A stretch of 64,000 nt of DNA from Nemertoderma westbladi (lineage: Eukaryota; Animalia; Xenacoelomorpha). Positions 40,554-53,823 of this stretch are shown piece by piece (the stretch's first letter is position 1; each line of letters opens with the position of its first letter). Under the pieces are notes generated by a model, which saw nothing but the letters and a program-made list of their open reading frames with translations, was not told the DNA's origin and ran no database searches. The DNA is taken from assembly GCA_032718475.1 (NCBI GenBank), contig JAUCBJ010002907.1:1-64000 (forward strand), in the 5' to 3' direction. A program made the translations under genes and the position numbers.

Positions 40554-41560
40554 ATGCTCATAATTAATTGTGTAAATGCGACAAGTATCCCCACTGTCTT
40601 TAATTATGTTAAAAAAGCTTAATAAAAAAACAACGAAATTTATAAAACGTATCTTTATTCAATATATGTTTTGCATAACTATAATTCTGTAATTGAATAG
40701 CTCCAAAACAGCTCGGCCGGATGGTATTAATGTAGAACAAGTTTAACAATGAATCCTGCCGTTATTTCCAACACAACTTTTTAATTTATTATAATTTCGG
40801 TCGCCTTCAGGGCTCTTTATCAAAATTACCAGCAAATATTACCCACAAAATTACCAGAACCTACTGCACTAAAATATAAAATCAAATCTACAAACAGAAT
40901 TACTGAATTATCAGAATACAGTAATTATAACTTATAGCATCAATAATGCTAGTTGTTCTAATATAGGTACGACAATGTAGTAATTAAGGAAGGTCTGTGT
41001 ATGTGTATTCTACTGACATATCATGATATGCATAACAACAATATGACTTTAATGGAAGCAATAACAGCTGAAGCCTATACGCCATACAAATGACAGACTG
41101 CAACTGGCTTAGACAACAGGTAACAGTGTAAGTAATGTGAGCATATCACAGTATTATATTAATGTTACAGGCACCCGAATAGATAGTGGTTGAAGATTCA
41201 AATTTATATCACACGGCCTGACTGCAACTGAGGACTGTATAATTAACCCTTACAACTGTAACCTATGAACAACAACTTCTATATGCCCATCACTGCCGCA
41301 TTTTAATTGTGATAAAAACGCAAACGGGTTAGGATGAGTATGAGGAGGTTGAACTGTTGAGAATATCGCAGGCAAACTTGGTCAGTAAATCTAAGATCTA
41401 AACCACCGGCCATCTTTTAACGGGTATGAAGGACGTAAGTTTTCTTAATACTATGTTTTCTTGGAGTTTTTCTGCTGATAAAAAGCATCGACTTTCTTTG
41501 GCTTAGAATGGTAAAAAGCATCGACTTTCAAAATCTTCCTTTGGCTTAGAAGTAAAAATT

Positions 41561-41830
41561 CAAGTAAAGTAAATTTTCTTCGGCCATTAGACAAGGGATT
41601 ACTGAAAACTTATTTCCAGTGTGGTACCCCCAGCAATATATACTCCCCAGAGGAAACTCCAATACTCATTTAGCACCATTTAAGAATGCAAGGCAGATAT
41701 GCCCTGGCTAGTCCCTAAGGCATTCATGCTGAAAGAAACTACTCTGGACCCCATGCAGGGATCGAACCCACGACCTATGGAGAGATATGGAGATGTGTGA
41801 ATTCAATGCAACCCCCCCTACAGGTGGAAC
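41561..41830 (-). mobile_element. tRNA-derived SINE, copy 2
   Basis: B-box GGTTCGATCCC (41758-41768, minus strand); body and TTTAC tail homologous to 4972-5230. Confidence 0.8.
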
Positions 41831-43452
41831 TAGTTTTAGGCTTTGAAATGTAGATATTGAAAAAATTGAGAAATGCCGAAATATTGATGGAAATGTTAAT
41901 TAATAAATTTTATTAATTGTTTCTCAGTGGGTCACTTGTAAAAAGACCTTTCTTCTCTATCCTATCCACTCTGGATAACTACAAACCAGTATTAGGCCTT
42001 GGTGGGATAAATATTTCTCCATTTGACGCAACACCGCCGCGGCCGCTATGAGGGAGGTGAATACCGCGGCCGCTCCTAAAGCCGCAGGCCATCGCTAACT
42101 ATATAGGTTAACTTGGGATTCTGGGGGACTTTTCGATGAAGGAACTGACCAAATTTTTTTATTTTCTCACCAGGGGAGCGGCTCGGAATTCTAAGATATT
42201 AGCAACTCTAACATTATTAAATCTAACCCTTCGACGGACACGGCGGACAAAAAACCGTCATTTTTTCGACAATTTTAAAATTTTTTTGAAAGGCGCTCTA
42301 CAGTGGCTCGAAAAAACCCTAGGTTATTGCTTAGCCGACGCCGGGATACGATAGAAGGGATTAATTAGTGAATTCGTTTTTTTCTTCAAAAAAGATTACC
42401 ACGCCTTTTTTCCGAAAATGTCCGTCAAAGTTGAAAAAACGGACAAAATGACTTTGCGGGATTAGCTATAACTCTGCTAATATTAATCGTACGGGGACGA
42501 AAGTAACGCGTTTATAAAGGGGAAGAGTGGTACTACCTTCGTATCGAATGGGGGTAAGATATTTATTAAAATTTCGGGTGGAAAAAGGGGCTGTAAATTT
42601 GTACGTTTTTGTCCGTCTTTTTTGGAAAACTTATTTCCGAAATGTTTAATTCGACGACGCGGGTAGGAATCCACTAATTCTTTTATGAAACTCGTAGAAG
42701 ACCATTGGGGCTACGTTCCTATCGAATGGGGGTACAAAAAATATGTCGGCAATAGGGGCCAAAAAGGGCCAGAATTTGTAAAGTAGTTTTTATCGAATAA
42801 TTTTTTATTTTTAACTTTAGTTGGTTAAGGTACATTCTATACAGTCAATATCCATACGGGGAATTCAAATATGCTATCGGTTTTGCTCCAAGGATGATAT
42901 TAAAAAAATGAGGGCCAAAATTATAATTTCGCGCTTCAAACTTGCTTCGCGGGAAATCGTCTAGCTCAAAAACTACTTAACTTACGGGAGATTTGTTTAC
43001 ACAGACTTATAGTGCGTTAAATTATCTATCTAACAGCGTTAATCACAGCGCCGGAGGTATTATAAAACTGGAGCGGCAGGCGATCGTGTGAAATATAATA
43101 TTTATAAAAAGGGACGAAAAATTTTTTTTTTTTAACAAATCGCTATTCCATTATAATTTAGCGTATTGCGCCAAAAGTACCTGTAAAAAGTATCAAATTA
43201 ACTCCGCTATCTTTTATCTTAACATATATAATTAAAATTACGAATTTTAAGGGTCGAAAAATATCGCGTTATTTTGGCCCTTTTTTTAAATTTTTTTGGG
43301 GCCAAAAATAACCCCTTCTCAAAAGATTAAGAAAAAAATTACGGCAAAGAATATACCAATTTTATTGAATTTGGACCACCAGAACCGAAGTTAGAGCGAT
43401 TTTAGTGAAAAAATAAAAATAATTTTTTTTGCAAAAAAATTAAGAATGGTCA

Positions 43453-43525
43453 GGTCAATATTGGATTTCGAACCCGCGAACTTAGGTTTCATTAACGTGA
43501 TTGATAACCACTAGACTATGTGACC
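43453..43525 (-). other. tRNA-like remnant within repeat-like DNA
   Basis: GGTCA...TGACC ends, A-box TAGTCTAGTGG and B-box-like GGTTCGAAATCC; the anticodon arm is not convincing. Confidence 0.35.
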
Positions 43526-45607
43526 AAGAGAATTTGAAATTTTCGAGTGACTATTTTTAAACATAAATAACTTCGGTTCTACAGGGCCGTTTAATCTGAA
43601 ACTTTTTTCATTGAATAGAGGATAGATTGTAGTGTGTGAAATAGGATACAACTTGGGAAAAGACTTATGTGCACTTAGTGCAAAATGCACTTAAATAGTG
43701 AACATTTTTTCGATATTTCAAACACTATTATTTCCAGTTCTATTCATCGTAGAATGTTATTTTTTGGATTAAAATGTAGTTTGGAATGATTTCTAACTAT
43801 AATCGTAACATTTGTTTAACTTTTTATGTCTATAAAGTGACTTAAAATGTCCATGAATATGGTCCAAAATCGCAAATCTAGATTTATTAAATTGGATTTT
43901 TGACACTTTTAGCGACTGACACTTGATCATACACCATCGTAGATCGGTAGAGGATAAACATAAGTTTGTTAAATAAGAGCCACCATTACGATCTGCTAAA
44001 GTGCATTTGTACAAATAAGTGTGCAAAAGTGCAAATTTTTTAATAAGGTCAAATTATATAGTATTGGGTTATTTTCTTTGCAGATACTTTATTTTCATAT
44101 TAATATGTTGTTTGAACCTTACTGAGCGCATTAGGGGATATGCGTACAAATAACCGGCCCTTATGAGGCTTCGATTGGGTAAATTAATAAAACATAAGGT
44201 TGTATAGTATAATATTCTAAAAACCAGTGTGATATTAAATGCACTTTAAATAATAAATAGAAATCAAATAACAATTGGACCACACAATTAAAAACTCGCA
44301 CAATTTTGTACTTATTATATCGCTTCAAATTAATTTAACAGTGGATATTTGGGGGAAGGGGGAAGTTACAGTGTGCATTCGGGGGAAGTTTGGTGAACTG
44401 CATTTATGCAGTGAATCCAAACTTCCCCCTTTGATATATCATATACTTAAGACATGCTAGGGTAACGGGGAAATATTTGTTACTGTCACACTTTGCTTCC
44501 ATTTATCCTATCCTTTATTATTACCCCAGTCAGATAAGAGATAATAAATCAGTAAAAACTAAACTAAAATGTCTTTCATGCAAACAAATTTCTAACTAAA
44601 GACGGGTGAATGACCATGACCATGGAAATAATTTTAAATATAATTGTATATCAACTATTTGGAGAGGCATCCAAGTTAAACCCGAAAACAATTATTTTGT
44701 TACATAGTAAATAACGTTGTATGTTCTTCTTCCTCTCATAATAAAATATAAATGAAATATCTCAGATCGCTATGCCCTGTAACATTTCACAACCAAAATA
44801 TTTAAGTGTGAAAAGTGTAGGCCTACCACACTCCGCCCAAACAACCGCAAACGCATAGCCAACAAATTTAACAAAAGGTTACATACATGTTGGGTTCATG
44901 ACGAGATGAGTGAAAATTGATCGCGTAATATAAACTAAAAAATTAAGAGACGGGCTGGCTCTCCTCCACTTTCTTACCCAATGGATATGTTGTTGTAATA
45001 ATCTAATATTGGGGCGGCTTTCTCTCGGTATTGAGTTTCAATACTAAGCTTGATATGGTTTGTTATGGATAATATTAAGATAACTTTATTGACCGTAAAG
45101 AATTTAATTACAAGAAATATGAATTCTATTTCAATTAAATGCAATTTATTTTAAATATATTAATTATAAAACCTTAATTAGAAAATCAGGTTCAACTTTG
45201 CAGCAAGAAATGTATTCTAAATTTTATTAAACTATTTATGACATACGAAAATAATGGTATAAATTTGTCACAATAATCCCAAATTCATACCGGACAAGTG
45301 CTGAATGTGGGGTGGGCATTCCAAAAGGTCATTAGACCTTGTCCTGGACTTCAGTACCCATGGAGTCCTGCTCCAACATTCCTATCATCCCTATAATTAT
45401 GAAAGCGAAACGCGGATACGTGCGAATCTAATTTGTAAATAATCAGCTATATAGCCGGTGCCGACAGAGCTGTATATAGTACCGGAGCCGGTGCCGGAGT
45501 TCCACAATCACCAATAACTTTACTTTATTTTACATCGATTGGATGGCAGTTCAAAATTCCTTCTCAAATAATTTTCAATGCCTGTGAAAAAGCAAAATGT
45601 AATTTAG

Positions 45608-46560
45608 AATTTTATCGCTGGCTTTACTAATCTTCATTAGGATGTTAGGACAATTGCGACCTGGACAATTGCGACCTGGACAATTGCGACCTGGACAATT
45701 GCGACCCGGACAATTGCGACCCGGTCAATTGCGACCCATGGTCTTAGAAAAAATTGATGGGTCGCAATTGTCCGGGTCGCAATTGTCCGGGTCACAATTA
45801 TCCGGATCCAGATAAAAAGTAATGTATATCATTGAAAATTGCGAGCCGGACAATTGCGACCCGGACAATTGCGAGCCGGACGATTGCGACCCATAGTTTT
45901 ATTTAAAAACATGGGTCGCAATTGACCGGGTCGCAATTGTCCGGGTCGCAATTGTCTGGGTAGCTATTGTCCGGGTCGCAATTGTCCGGACTCCCTTCAT
46001 TAGTTAGATATGGCATCTAAGGAAGATTAGTAAAGCCAGCGATAAAATTTTATTACTGCGTACGTTTCGGTTTAATAACACAAACAATTATCGATGCTAA
46101 AATAATGCGAGCTAGAACTGTCAGACCGGGACTACAAACAATTTAAAAAAAAAATTTACAAAAAGCAGAACATTTAGCGACAACTAAGAAGAAAATCAGT
46201 CAGGATTTAAATAGTACCGTAGCTATGAATAGGGATTATATTGAAAAGAGGCCTATCAACAAAAACTATCTTTACTACAGGAGTATGAGTGGAATATAAG
46301 TAATGAGATCATACTTGACAGAATGATTGAAAACTGCTGAGTCAACGGTTGGACTAAAACGGCCTGTTGAGTAAGAGATGCCAGTGATGCTTTGCATATT
46401 GCAAAATGTCTAAGTCCAATATAGGAGTCAGTACAGACACCACTGGAAAAGTAGTAATATTCACACGCATGTGTTGGGGCAATTTGTCTTTATAACTAAA
46501 ATTGAAGAAATATAGCAAGGCGGGTTAAATATAAATACTATACGTAATAATTGAATGTGA
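45608..46560 (-). mobile_element. Penelope-like element 3' remnant (GIY-YIG)
   Basis: The minus strand reads KDKLP...YYF..VCTDSYIG (frameshifted). CCGAAACGTA lies at ~46061-46070, and there is a 28-bp inverted repeat at 45608-45635 / 46022-46049. Confidence 0.6.
45640..45994. mobile_element. MITE with 15-bp tandem-subunit inverted repeats (MULE-like)
   Basis: GGACAATTGCGACCY arrays in two head-to-head pairs; GG..CC termini; 8-bp TSD CTTCATTA (45632-45639, 45995-46002). Confidence 0.85.
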
Positions 46561-46798
46561 CCAACGTAATTAATTTAGCTTTCACCAATAAACCATGATG
46601 GGTAGTTAAAGGGTAGTTCAGAGATAAGATTTCGGCTTTCTGGAGAATTTTCACTACAAATGGAATATTCAAGTTCAAATTCACCTCTATATATTGTATA
46701 CAAATATTTAATTATGTGCAATTTAAAAACAAGCTGTTGCAATGGCAAACTCACATCTCTCTAGGGGTCCTACTCTACTGGCCCTTTTCAACTTTTAA

Positions 46799-48238
46799 CC
46801 CTATTAGTACCGGGCTATAAAATGTTGTACAAATACCGGGGGGGGGGGGGGGGGGGGGTCATATTGACCCCCCCCCCATCTAAAATCTACAAATTTTTAC
46901 GGAAACGTTTGATTTTTTGTTTGTACGTAGGTATCACTAGTCTGGATACGACCGAAAAAAATTTTTTTCGAAAAAATGTACTGGGGTGGTTATATTGCAG
47001 CACCAAAATTACAAGTAGTGCACAATTTTCACAAAATTTGAAAGTTACATTTTTCGGCTAATTGCTTTTCAATACAGGTTTTCTGGGGCGCAAAATAGAT
47101 TGGAAAATATTTAAAAATAACATGGTTACTATAAATGGCTGTTTAGTCCTCTCTGCGTAGGAAAAAAATGAAAAAGACAAGTAACCAGCACTTTTCAGTT
47201 GAACACAAAATTTATAAGTCACTTATACGATGCTATAAATTCACATTTTTAGGTTTTGATTTTTTTCGATTTTTTTCACATTTTTAGATTTTTGGGCGCT
47301 GATTCTAATGGAATACATTTCTAATATGCCAGATCATTGCAACTTGTATTTTTCGGCGTAATTTGGCAAAGTTTGGTGCTAGCACCAAATTTCGTACCAA
47401 TCACCAAAAAGTACAAGTTTGCGATGTCCAGTGCTGTTTTATTGATTCCATCGGATTCAGGACCCTCGCAAACCCGTATAACGCAAGAAACAAGATAATA
47501 CTATCTTCTGATCAATTTGCTTATTTTCCAAAATTTGGTGCTGGCACAACAATTTTCACCCACCGGCAAAAAATACAAGTTTGAAAACTCTTATGAAATT
47601 TTTACTGATTCCATTGAATTCAGAACCCTCACAAACCCGTATAACGCAAGAAACAAGGTGACACAATCAATTGATATATTTGATGGTTTTCAAAATTTGG
47701 TGCTAGCACCACATTTTGCACCCACTTACGAAAAATACAAGTTTGAAATGTCTAGTTCAATAAATATATATTCCATTGAATTCAGAACAGCCATAAACCT
47801 CTAAAACGCAAGAAATAAATTGTCACAAGCAATTTTATATATTGAATGGATTTTCAAAATTTGGTGCTGGCACCAAAATTTGGCACCCGTCGAAAAAAAC
47901 AAGTTTGAAATATCTAAATCAATTTATATGAATTCTATCCAATTGCTAACACCAAAAAACTGGTGTAAATCAAAAATAGAGATGTTTCAATTCATATTTA
48001 ATGAAATGTAATTTTCAAAAAACGTCTCAAAAAAAGTGCCAAAAGTAGTGTTAAAATATGGTGCTATAACTCGAAAACTACCCAATATTTTTTAAAACGG
48101 TTTTCACTACTAGGAAGACAATAGATTTTTAGGAAAAGTCATAAAATTTCAGATACTCTACTGCGTTTGTTTCAGAATTAAAATAAAAAAACCACGGGGG
48201 GGGGGGGGGTCATATTGACCCCCCCGGGTTTAATAGGG
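46799..48238. mobile_element. Non-autonomous piggyBac-like element
   Basis: TTAA|CCCTATTA...TAATAGGG|TTAA. A GGGGGTCATATTGACCCCC palindrome sits at both ends, with internal ~162-bp repeats x4. Confidence 0.85.
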
Positions 48239-48469
48239 TTAATGAATGGGAACTCAAACGGATTCTGGTAAATGCAACACGAAGGTAATCAGGTATGTAA
48301 ATGTTTGATTTATATGCACGATGTTGAGTTAATGAGGGTTAATAAGAGTCCTATATAAAGTAAACTTACTCGCACTTAGGTTTACTTAAAATTCTACTAC
48401 TACTACTACTAATATAATCGCCTATATAGCTGTATTGATATGCTACACTGGCTTGACATACATATTTAT

Positions 48470-48635
48470 GCCACCACCACCATGCAAATCTTCAATTGAC
48501 ATGCCCCAATGCAGCGTTCATTAAGAATGCTATGCCGGCTTATCAACAAAATTGCCCCACCAAAACTCCCTATCCCCAATGACTTTCGCGAGATTATCCG
48601 CATCTTCAAGCCAGTGTCCTTTAAGTTGCGTCCAA
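48470..48635 (-). mobile_element. Short diverged RTE LINE 3' end
   Basis: Homologous to 8406-8520 and, in reverse complement, to 34270-34420. Confidence 0.7.
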
Positions 48636-48802
48636 GGACAACTCTACTACAGGACTGGCCTAGGCTAAATTCGGACTCAGCTAGCTAAGTCTGGTTTTCA
48701 TTAAAGGTACCGGTACTCCAGTAGGTACTTTACTATTGCTGCAGTACTGCAGTAACCTGGTGGGGTGGTAGTACAAATTAGTACTAGTAGTAATACAGTA
48801 TT

Positions 48803-49437
48803 TGTAAGGGGATTCAATTCCGTGCATTACCCACCCAAAATGCGACTAGTGGCACTTTACCAATATAGTTGGCGATGTGAGATTACCAATAATAATCTCA
48901 CCTCATAACCAACTGGGGGGGCGATACACGCCGTAAGCCACAGAGAGAGGTGAGAGGTCAAACCACCTCAGAGGGAGAAACCAGCTAGTGAGGCTAGCAC
49001 CAAGGGGAAACACCAACAGGTAGTGGCGAAGTGACAATTAGTATATAAGCCAATGGTGGGCAGGAAAGCACATTGGGGAGGACAAGAGCGCATCCATTGG
49101 GTATTAGAGGCCGCCCAGTAGTGTAGGGCTAAAACCAATATGTGTCAATGATATAACTCCTGTAATCACTGATTATTAGTTAGTTGATTCCCTTACGGTT
49201 GTGAGACTGGAATAGTTTTTGACCGTCGTTACCGTTACTGTTTGTATTGCATATTATTATATTCAGACTGTGCTATTATCAACTGCTGTGATTATCAACA
49301 CTGACAATTTAACTCTCTGTTTTTCAATATGTTGGCCTAACATATCCAGCAGTCAGCCAGCAGCTTACGAACGCGACGACGCGTACAACCTACACCGGTC
49401 GGGAGCTGATACTGTCAACTCCGTCAGCCCCGTCACA
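48803..49437 (+). mobile_element. Solo LTR (635 bp)
   Basis: TGTAAGGGG...CCCCGTCACA termini; 5-bp TSD GTATT (48798-48802, 49438-49442); TATATAA at ~49043. Confidence 0.8.
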
Positions 49438-49510
49438 GTATTATAGTTTAAGCTACTACGGTATTAACAATAATATTAATATTATTATTCCTTTCCTTTT
49501 GTGTTTTGAG

Positions 49511-49768
49511 ATGCCTAATCACTCTATTGTGTACGGTTGCAATAGCAATTATAAATCGACCGGTGTCAAGGTTGGAACTGTTAAATTTCCGGCGAAGGAT
49601 CCTGAGTGTCAGGTGTGGATAAATGCGTTTCCTCCCCGGAAAGATCACAATAACCGGCCATTCATATACGGAACAAATTCCTTTGTCTGTGTGAAACATT
49701 CACCAGGTTTCTCTTATGATGAGGCTGCTGTTCCTAAATACAAAGTACCTGGTTTTGTGCAGCCCTAG
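49511..49768 (+). pseudogene. THAP zinc-finger domain remnant (probably a transposase N-terminus)
   Basis: MPNH(S)IVYGCNSNY...KFP...WINAFP...VCVKH matches the THAP C2CH/P/W pattern, with the first Cys lost. Confidence 0.7.
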
Positions 49769-50102
49769 GATGTGTGAATTTGTGCATGATTTTAAATTTA
49801 TAAAAAAATTACATGTACATACCATGCTGCATTATCCTTGAGGTTTAATATAAAATTACTAGACTGTTTGAGCATGATAATTAGAGCGCACAACTTAAAT
49901 CAATCAGTAATAATTAATTCTGAAAGGTGTCAGAATATTGGTATTAGATCAATAGATCAAGAAGTGTTTAAGATAAATTTAAATAACATTATCCCCCCAA
50001 ACCTACAAGTATAAACTATAACAATCTGACCAATAGACAATGAGTTAGTGCGTTTAGAAGGACCTTTTTCTAAGTGACCAAAAATATAATTTGAAATGAA
50101 AT

Positions 50103-50144
50103 AACCGAGTATATTTCGGGCAACAGCCCTTTATCAACTCAATT
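50103..50144 (-). ncRNA. Minimal type I hammerhead-ribozyme-like motif (U3-A8 variant)
   Basis: AATTGAG TTGATAA A GGGC-TGTT-GCCC GAAA TATA CTCGGTT: stem I, core, stem II and a palindromic stem III. Confidence 0.5.
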
Positions 50145-50245
50145 CAGTTAAACTGCATGCAGGTGTAAAGTACAGAAGTACATACAGAACTAAACTACTG
50201 TAGGACTAAACTACTACAGGACAGCCTGTGATTCCTTACCGGTAA

Positions 50246-50812
50246 GTACTACTAGTATCGGCATGCTGCATTGCAGCTGCATTTTTAAGAATGCTGTGCC
50301 GGCTTGTCGACAAAATTGCGCCGCCACAACTCCCTATCACCCATGACATTTGCTAGATCATCCGCATCTTTAAGGCCAGTGTCCTTTAAGATGCGTCTCA
50401 AGAAAGTCATGGGCTGTCCACCATGCTTATTCACTCCATGAGGCTGCCAAAGTACAAGATTATGCACTGGCTGGTCCTCATGGCGAAAGCAATGTCCTGC
50501 AAAGCGGAGGCGATTTTGTTCTAGTGTCAAGCTTGGGGGAACCAATGAGACACCTCCAATGTTATATAGTGTCTGGTTGGAGATGTGTGCATTTTACTTG
50601 ACACAATGAACCCGGCGTAGCATTCTTGTGAATGTGCCATCCAGAGATTTGGTGTCCTCAGCAGTTAGAGCCCAGCATGGACTCCCGTAGAGGAGTACTG
50701 GAACTACTGCTGCTCTAAATAATCGGACCTTAAGTTCCCGATTAATTCTCGGTGACTTCCAAATCCTGGAAAGCCTATTCAAGGCTGCCCATGCCTTTCC
50801 CTTACGAAATCA
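50246..50812 (-). mobile_element. RTE-clade LINE 3' fragment
   Basis: IRKGKAWAALNRL, VLLYGS..W, RLRFAGH; TAG-type tail. Confidence 0.88.
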
Positions 50813-53800
50813 TAGCTAGCAATGTTATTGGCATGGTGCTACATCCAGACAAGTCGCGGTTGATTACATCTTCTACACTTATTGAAGACCAGCAGCAAGA
50901 CAACCTTGATAGTGTTGTGGTGAAGTTCTAAAGTGTGATCCACACACGTTTCTGGGAAGTCAGATTTCTCTGGACCCTATCCTGAAACAGATCGAAAATA
51001 TATTAACAGTCGAGCATCAACCTGCTACCAATACTCTACATTTCTAACCAAAAACTGCGATGCTCCAGTCAGTGTGACAAGCTGCTCTAAACTCGTCACT
51101 CCTATACGGCTGCGAGACCTGGTGGTCCAAAGACTTAAAACAGATTACTCAGTTTTTCAATAAAATAACCAAACATCTACTGGGCGTTCGACAGACCACC
51201 CCCAATATGTTAGCATACATCGAGCTCGCTCGCTCGCACAGTGGGCCAGGGGTGGCCAAAATACCCTAAAATGAAGTTTGTTTTAGTGGTTTGAAACATA
51301 TCCTATCTTGTAGACCACAACAAGTACATCAATGTACTTACTAATTACTACTTACTAATTATATATATGTACTGTATATGTATATTACATCTTTATCGTT
51401 GAGTCGGACATTGTCACGCTCTCGGTAAAGTTGTACATGTACATAGTGTAATTACGTTTTATATTGGTATTAGGTTAGCGTAGTGTAATATTGTATTTGT
51501 AACCAAGTAACATAAAGGACCCCCTTGGAAATAAGCTGCAAAGCTTTAGGGGTAATCCTATATGTTATGTTGGACAATACCTTTATACCGGTACATTGTT
51601 TGGTGTATTTGTTATTGTTTTTACATAATGTATAAATAAATCTATCTATCTATAATGGGATTCTACTTCAGCTTAGTTGTTATTTGTGATCAGTGATGGG
51701 CTGAAAATTTAATCAGCTCTCTAAGCTGGAATATAAAACAAATGGCCATAGAAACCAGGTTAGTTGCCTCAATGTAAAACTCTGTTGCTTACCATGATTG
51801 GCTGATATTATCATGAAAGCAAAAACCCTTGGCCCTTAGTATAAATCAACACCCTTGCAGTATGATTCATCATTCATTAGGAGCAACAATTATTCAATGT
51901 AATATGAATAAGTTATTTTATGATAAAAATCTCAAATACATTCTGCAAAATACTGTGAGACTTATTCACTCACAAAGTTTGGTAAACAAATTGCTCATAA
52001 TATTTTGTGCCATGCTAAACACATGTGCCACATGCTAAAAGTGGCACCTATGTGCCACTAGAGAATTCTAAACCGTTTGTAATAGAATCAGCACCTTTGA
52101 AAACGGTTATATTGAAAAATATCGACACATGAAAAATATCGAGAGTAAAAATAACGCGAGTAAAAATAACGAGTGTTGAAAAATAACGATAATATCGAGA
52201 GTTCAAAAAATATCGAGAGTAAAAATATCGAGTGTAAAAATATAGAGAGTAAAAATAACGAGTGTTGAAAAATATCGAGAGTAAAAATATCGAGTGTTGA
52301 AAAATATCGAGAGTAAAAATATCGAGAGTAAAAACATCGAGTGTTGAAAAATATCGAGAGTAAAAATATCGAGTGTTGAAAAATATCGAGAGTAAAATAT
52401 TGAGTGTTGAAAAATATCGAGAGTAAAAATATTGAGTGTTGAAAAATATCGAGAGTAAAAATATCGAGTGTTGAAAAATATCGAGAGTAAAAATATCGAG
52501 TGTTGAAAAATATCGAGAGTAAAAATATCGAGTGTTGAAAAATATCGAGTGATGAATAATATCGAGAGTAAAAATATCGAGTGTTGAAAAATATCGAGAG
52601 TAAAAATATCGAGTGTTGAAAAATATCGAGTGTTGAAAAATATCGAGAGTAAAAATATCGAGTGTTGAAAAATATCGAGAGTAAAAATATCGAGAGTAAA
52701 AACATCGAGTGTTGAAAAATATCGAGAGTAAAAATATCGAGTGTTGAAAAATATCGAGAGTAAAAATATCGAGTGTTGAAAAATATCGAGAGTAAAAATA
52801 TTGAGTGTTGAAAAATATCGAGAGTAAAAATAATGAGTGTTGAAAAATATCGAGAGTAAAAATATCGAGTGTTGAAAAATATCGAGAGTAAAAATATTGA
52901 GTGTTGAAAAATATCGAGAGTAAAAATAACGAGTGTTGAAAAATATCGAGTGTGTAAAAATATCGAGTGTTGAAAAATATCGAGTGTTGAAAAATATCGA
53001 GAGTAAAAATAAAGAGTGTTGAAAAATATCGAGTGTTGAAAAATATCGAGAGTAAAAATATCGAGTGTTGAAAAATATCAAGTGTTGAAAAATATTGAGA
53101 GTAAAATTATCGAGTGTTGAAAAATATCGAGAGTAAAAATAACAAGGGTTGAAAAATATCGAGTGTTGAAACATATCGAGAGTAAAAATATCGAGAGTAA
53201 AAATATCGAGTGTTGAAAAATATCGAGAGTAAAAATATTGAGAGTTGAAAAATATCGAGAGAAAAAATATTGGTGATGAAAAATATCGAGAGTAAAAATA
53301 TCGAGTGTTGAAAAATATCGAGAGTAATAATAACGAGTGCTGAAAAATATCGAGAGTAAAAATATCGAGAGTAAAAATATTGAGTGTTGAAAAATATCGA
53401 GAGTAAGAATCATTCGTGATAAAAATAGGAGGGGATTACCAGGTGTTCCATTTTAATATTTAACAACAATTATTATAAGATTTAGTGTGTAAAATATGCA
53501 AATGGTAATTGTATAATGAAAGCTACATATTATTATATTAAATACAAACGGTCCCAAATTAAATTGATCAAACTAAAGTTATTGAAAATATGAATGAATG
53601 CAAATTTATTATATTAAATACATACGGTTAAAAAATTAAATTGAACAAACTAAAGTAATGGAAAATATGAATGAATGCAAAGTAACTTATTAAATAAATC
53701 TCAGTTTAAAGAGTTTAGTGTATATCTTGTATTTTTTTTAATTGAAACAATATTGAGTAATTTTGTATACAGTAGTTTAGGCCTAGAGTTGTGTACAGAG

Positions 53801-53823
53801 TGTATCTTAGTAAAGAAACTATC

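Noticed and set aside
41040-41440. Possible + strand exons around a short GT-AG intron (41120-41170), with Cys-containing translation
   Set aside because: Stops occur in all frames and I cannot support a family assignment.
43453-43525. Functional tRNA gene (also considered at 454-530)
   Set aside because: A and B boxes are present but the anticodon arm and cloverleaf are not supported; kept only as tRNA-like remnants.
42225-44200. piggyBac-like left end (CTAA-CCCTT...) followed by transposon-like DNA
   Set aside because: No matching right TIR, TSD or transposase was found, so boundaries cannot be defined.
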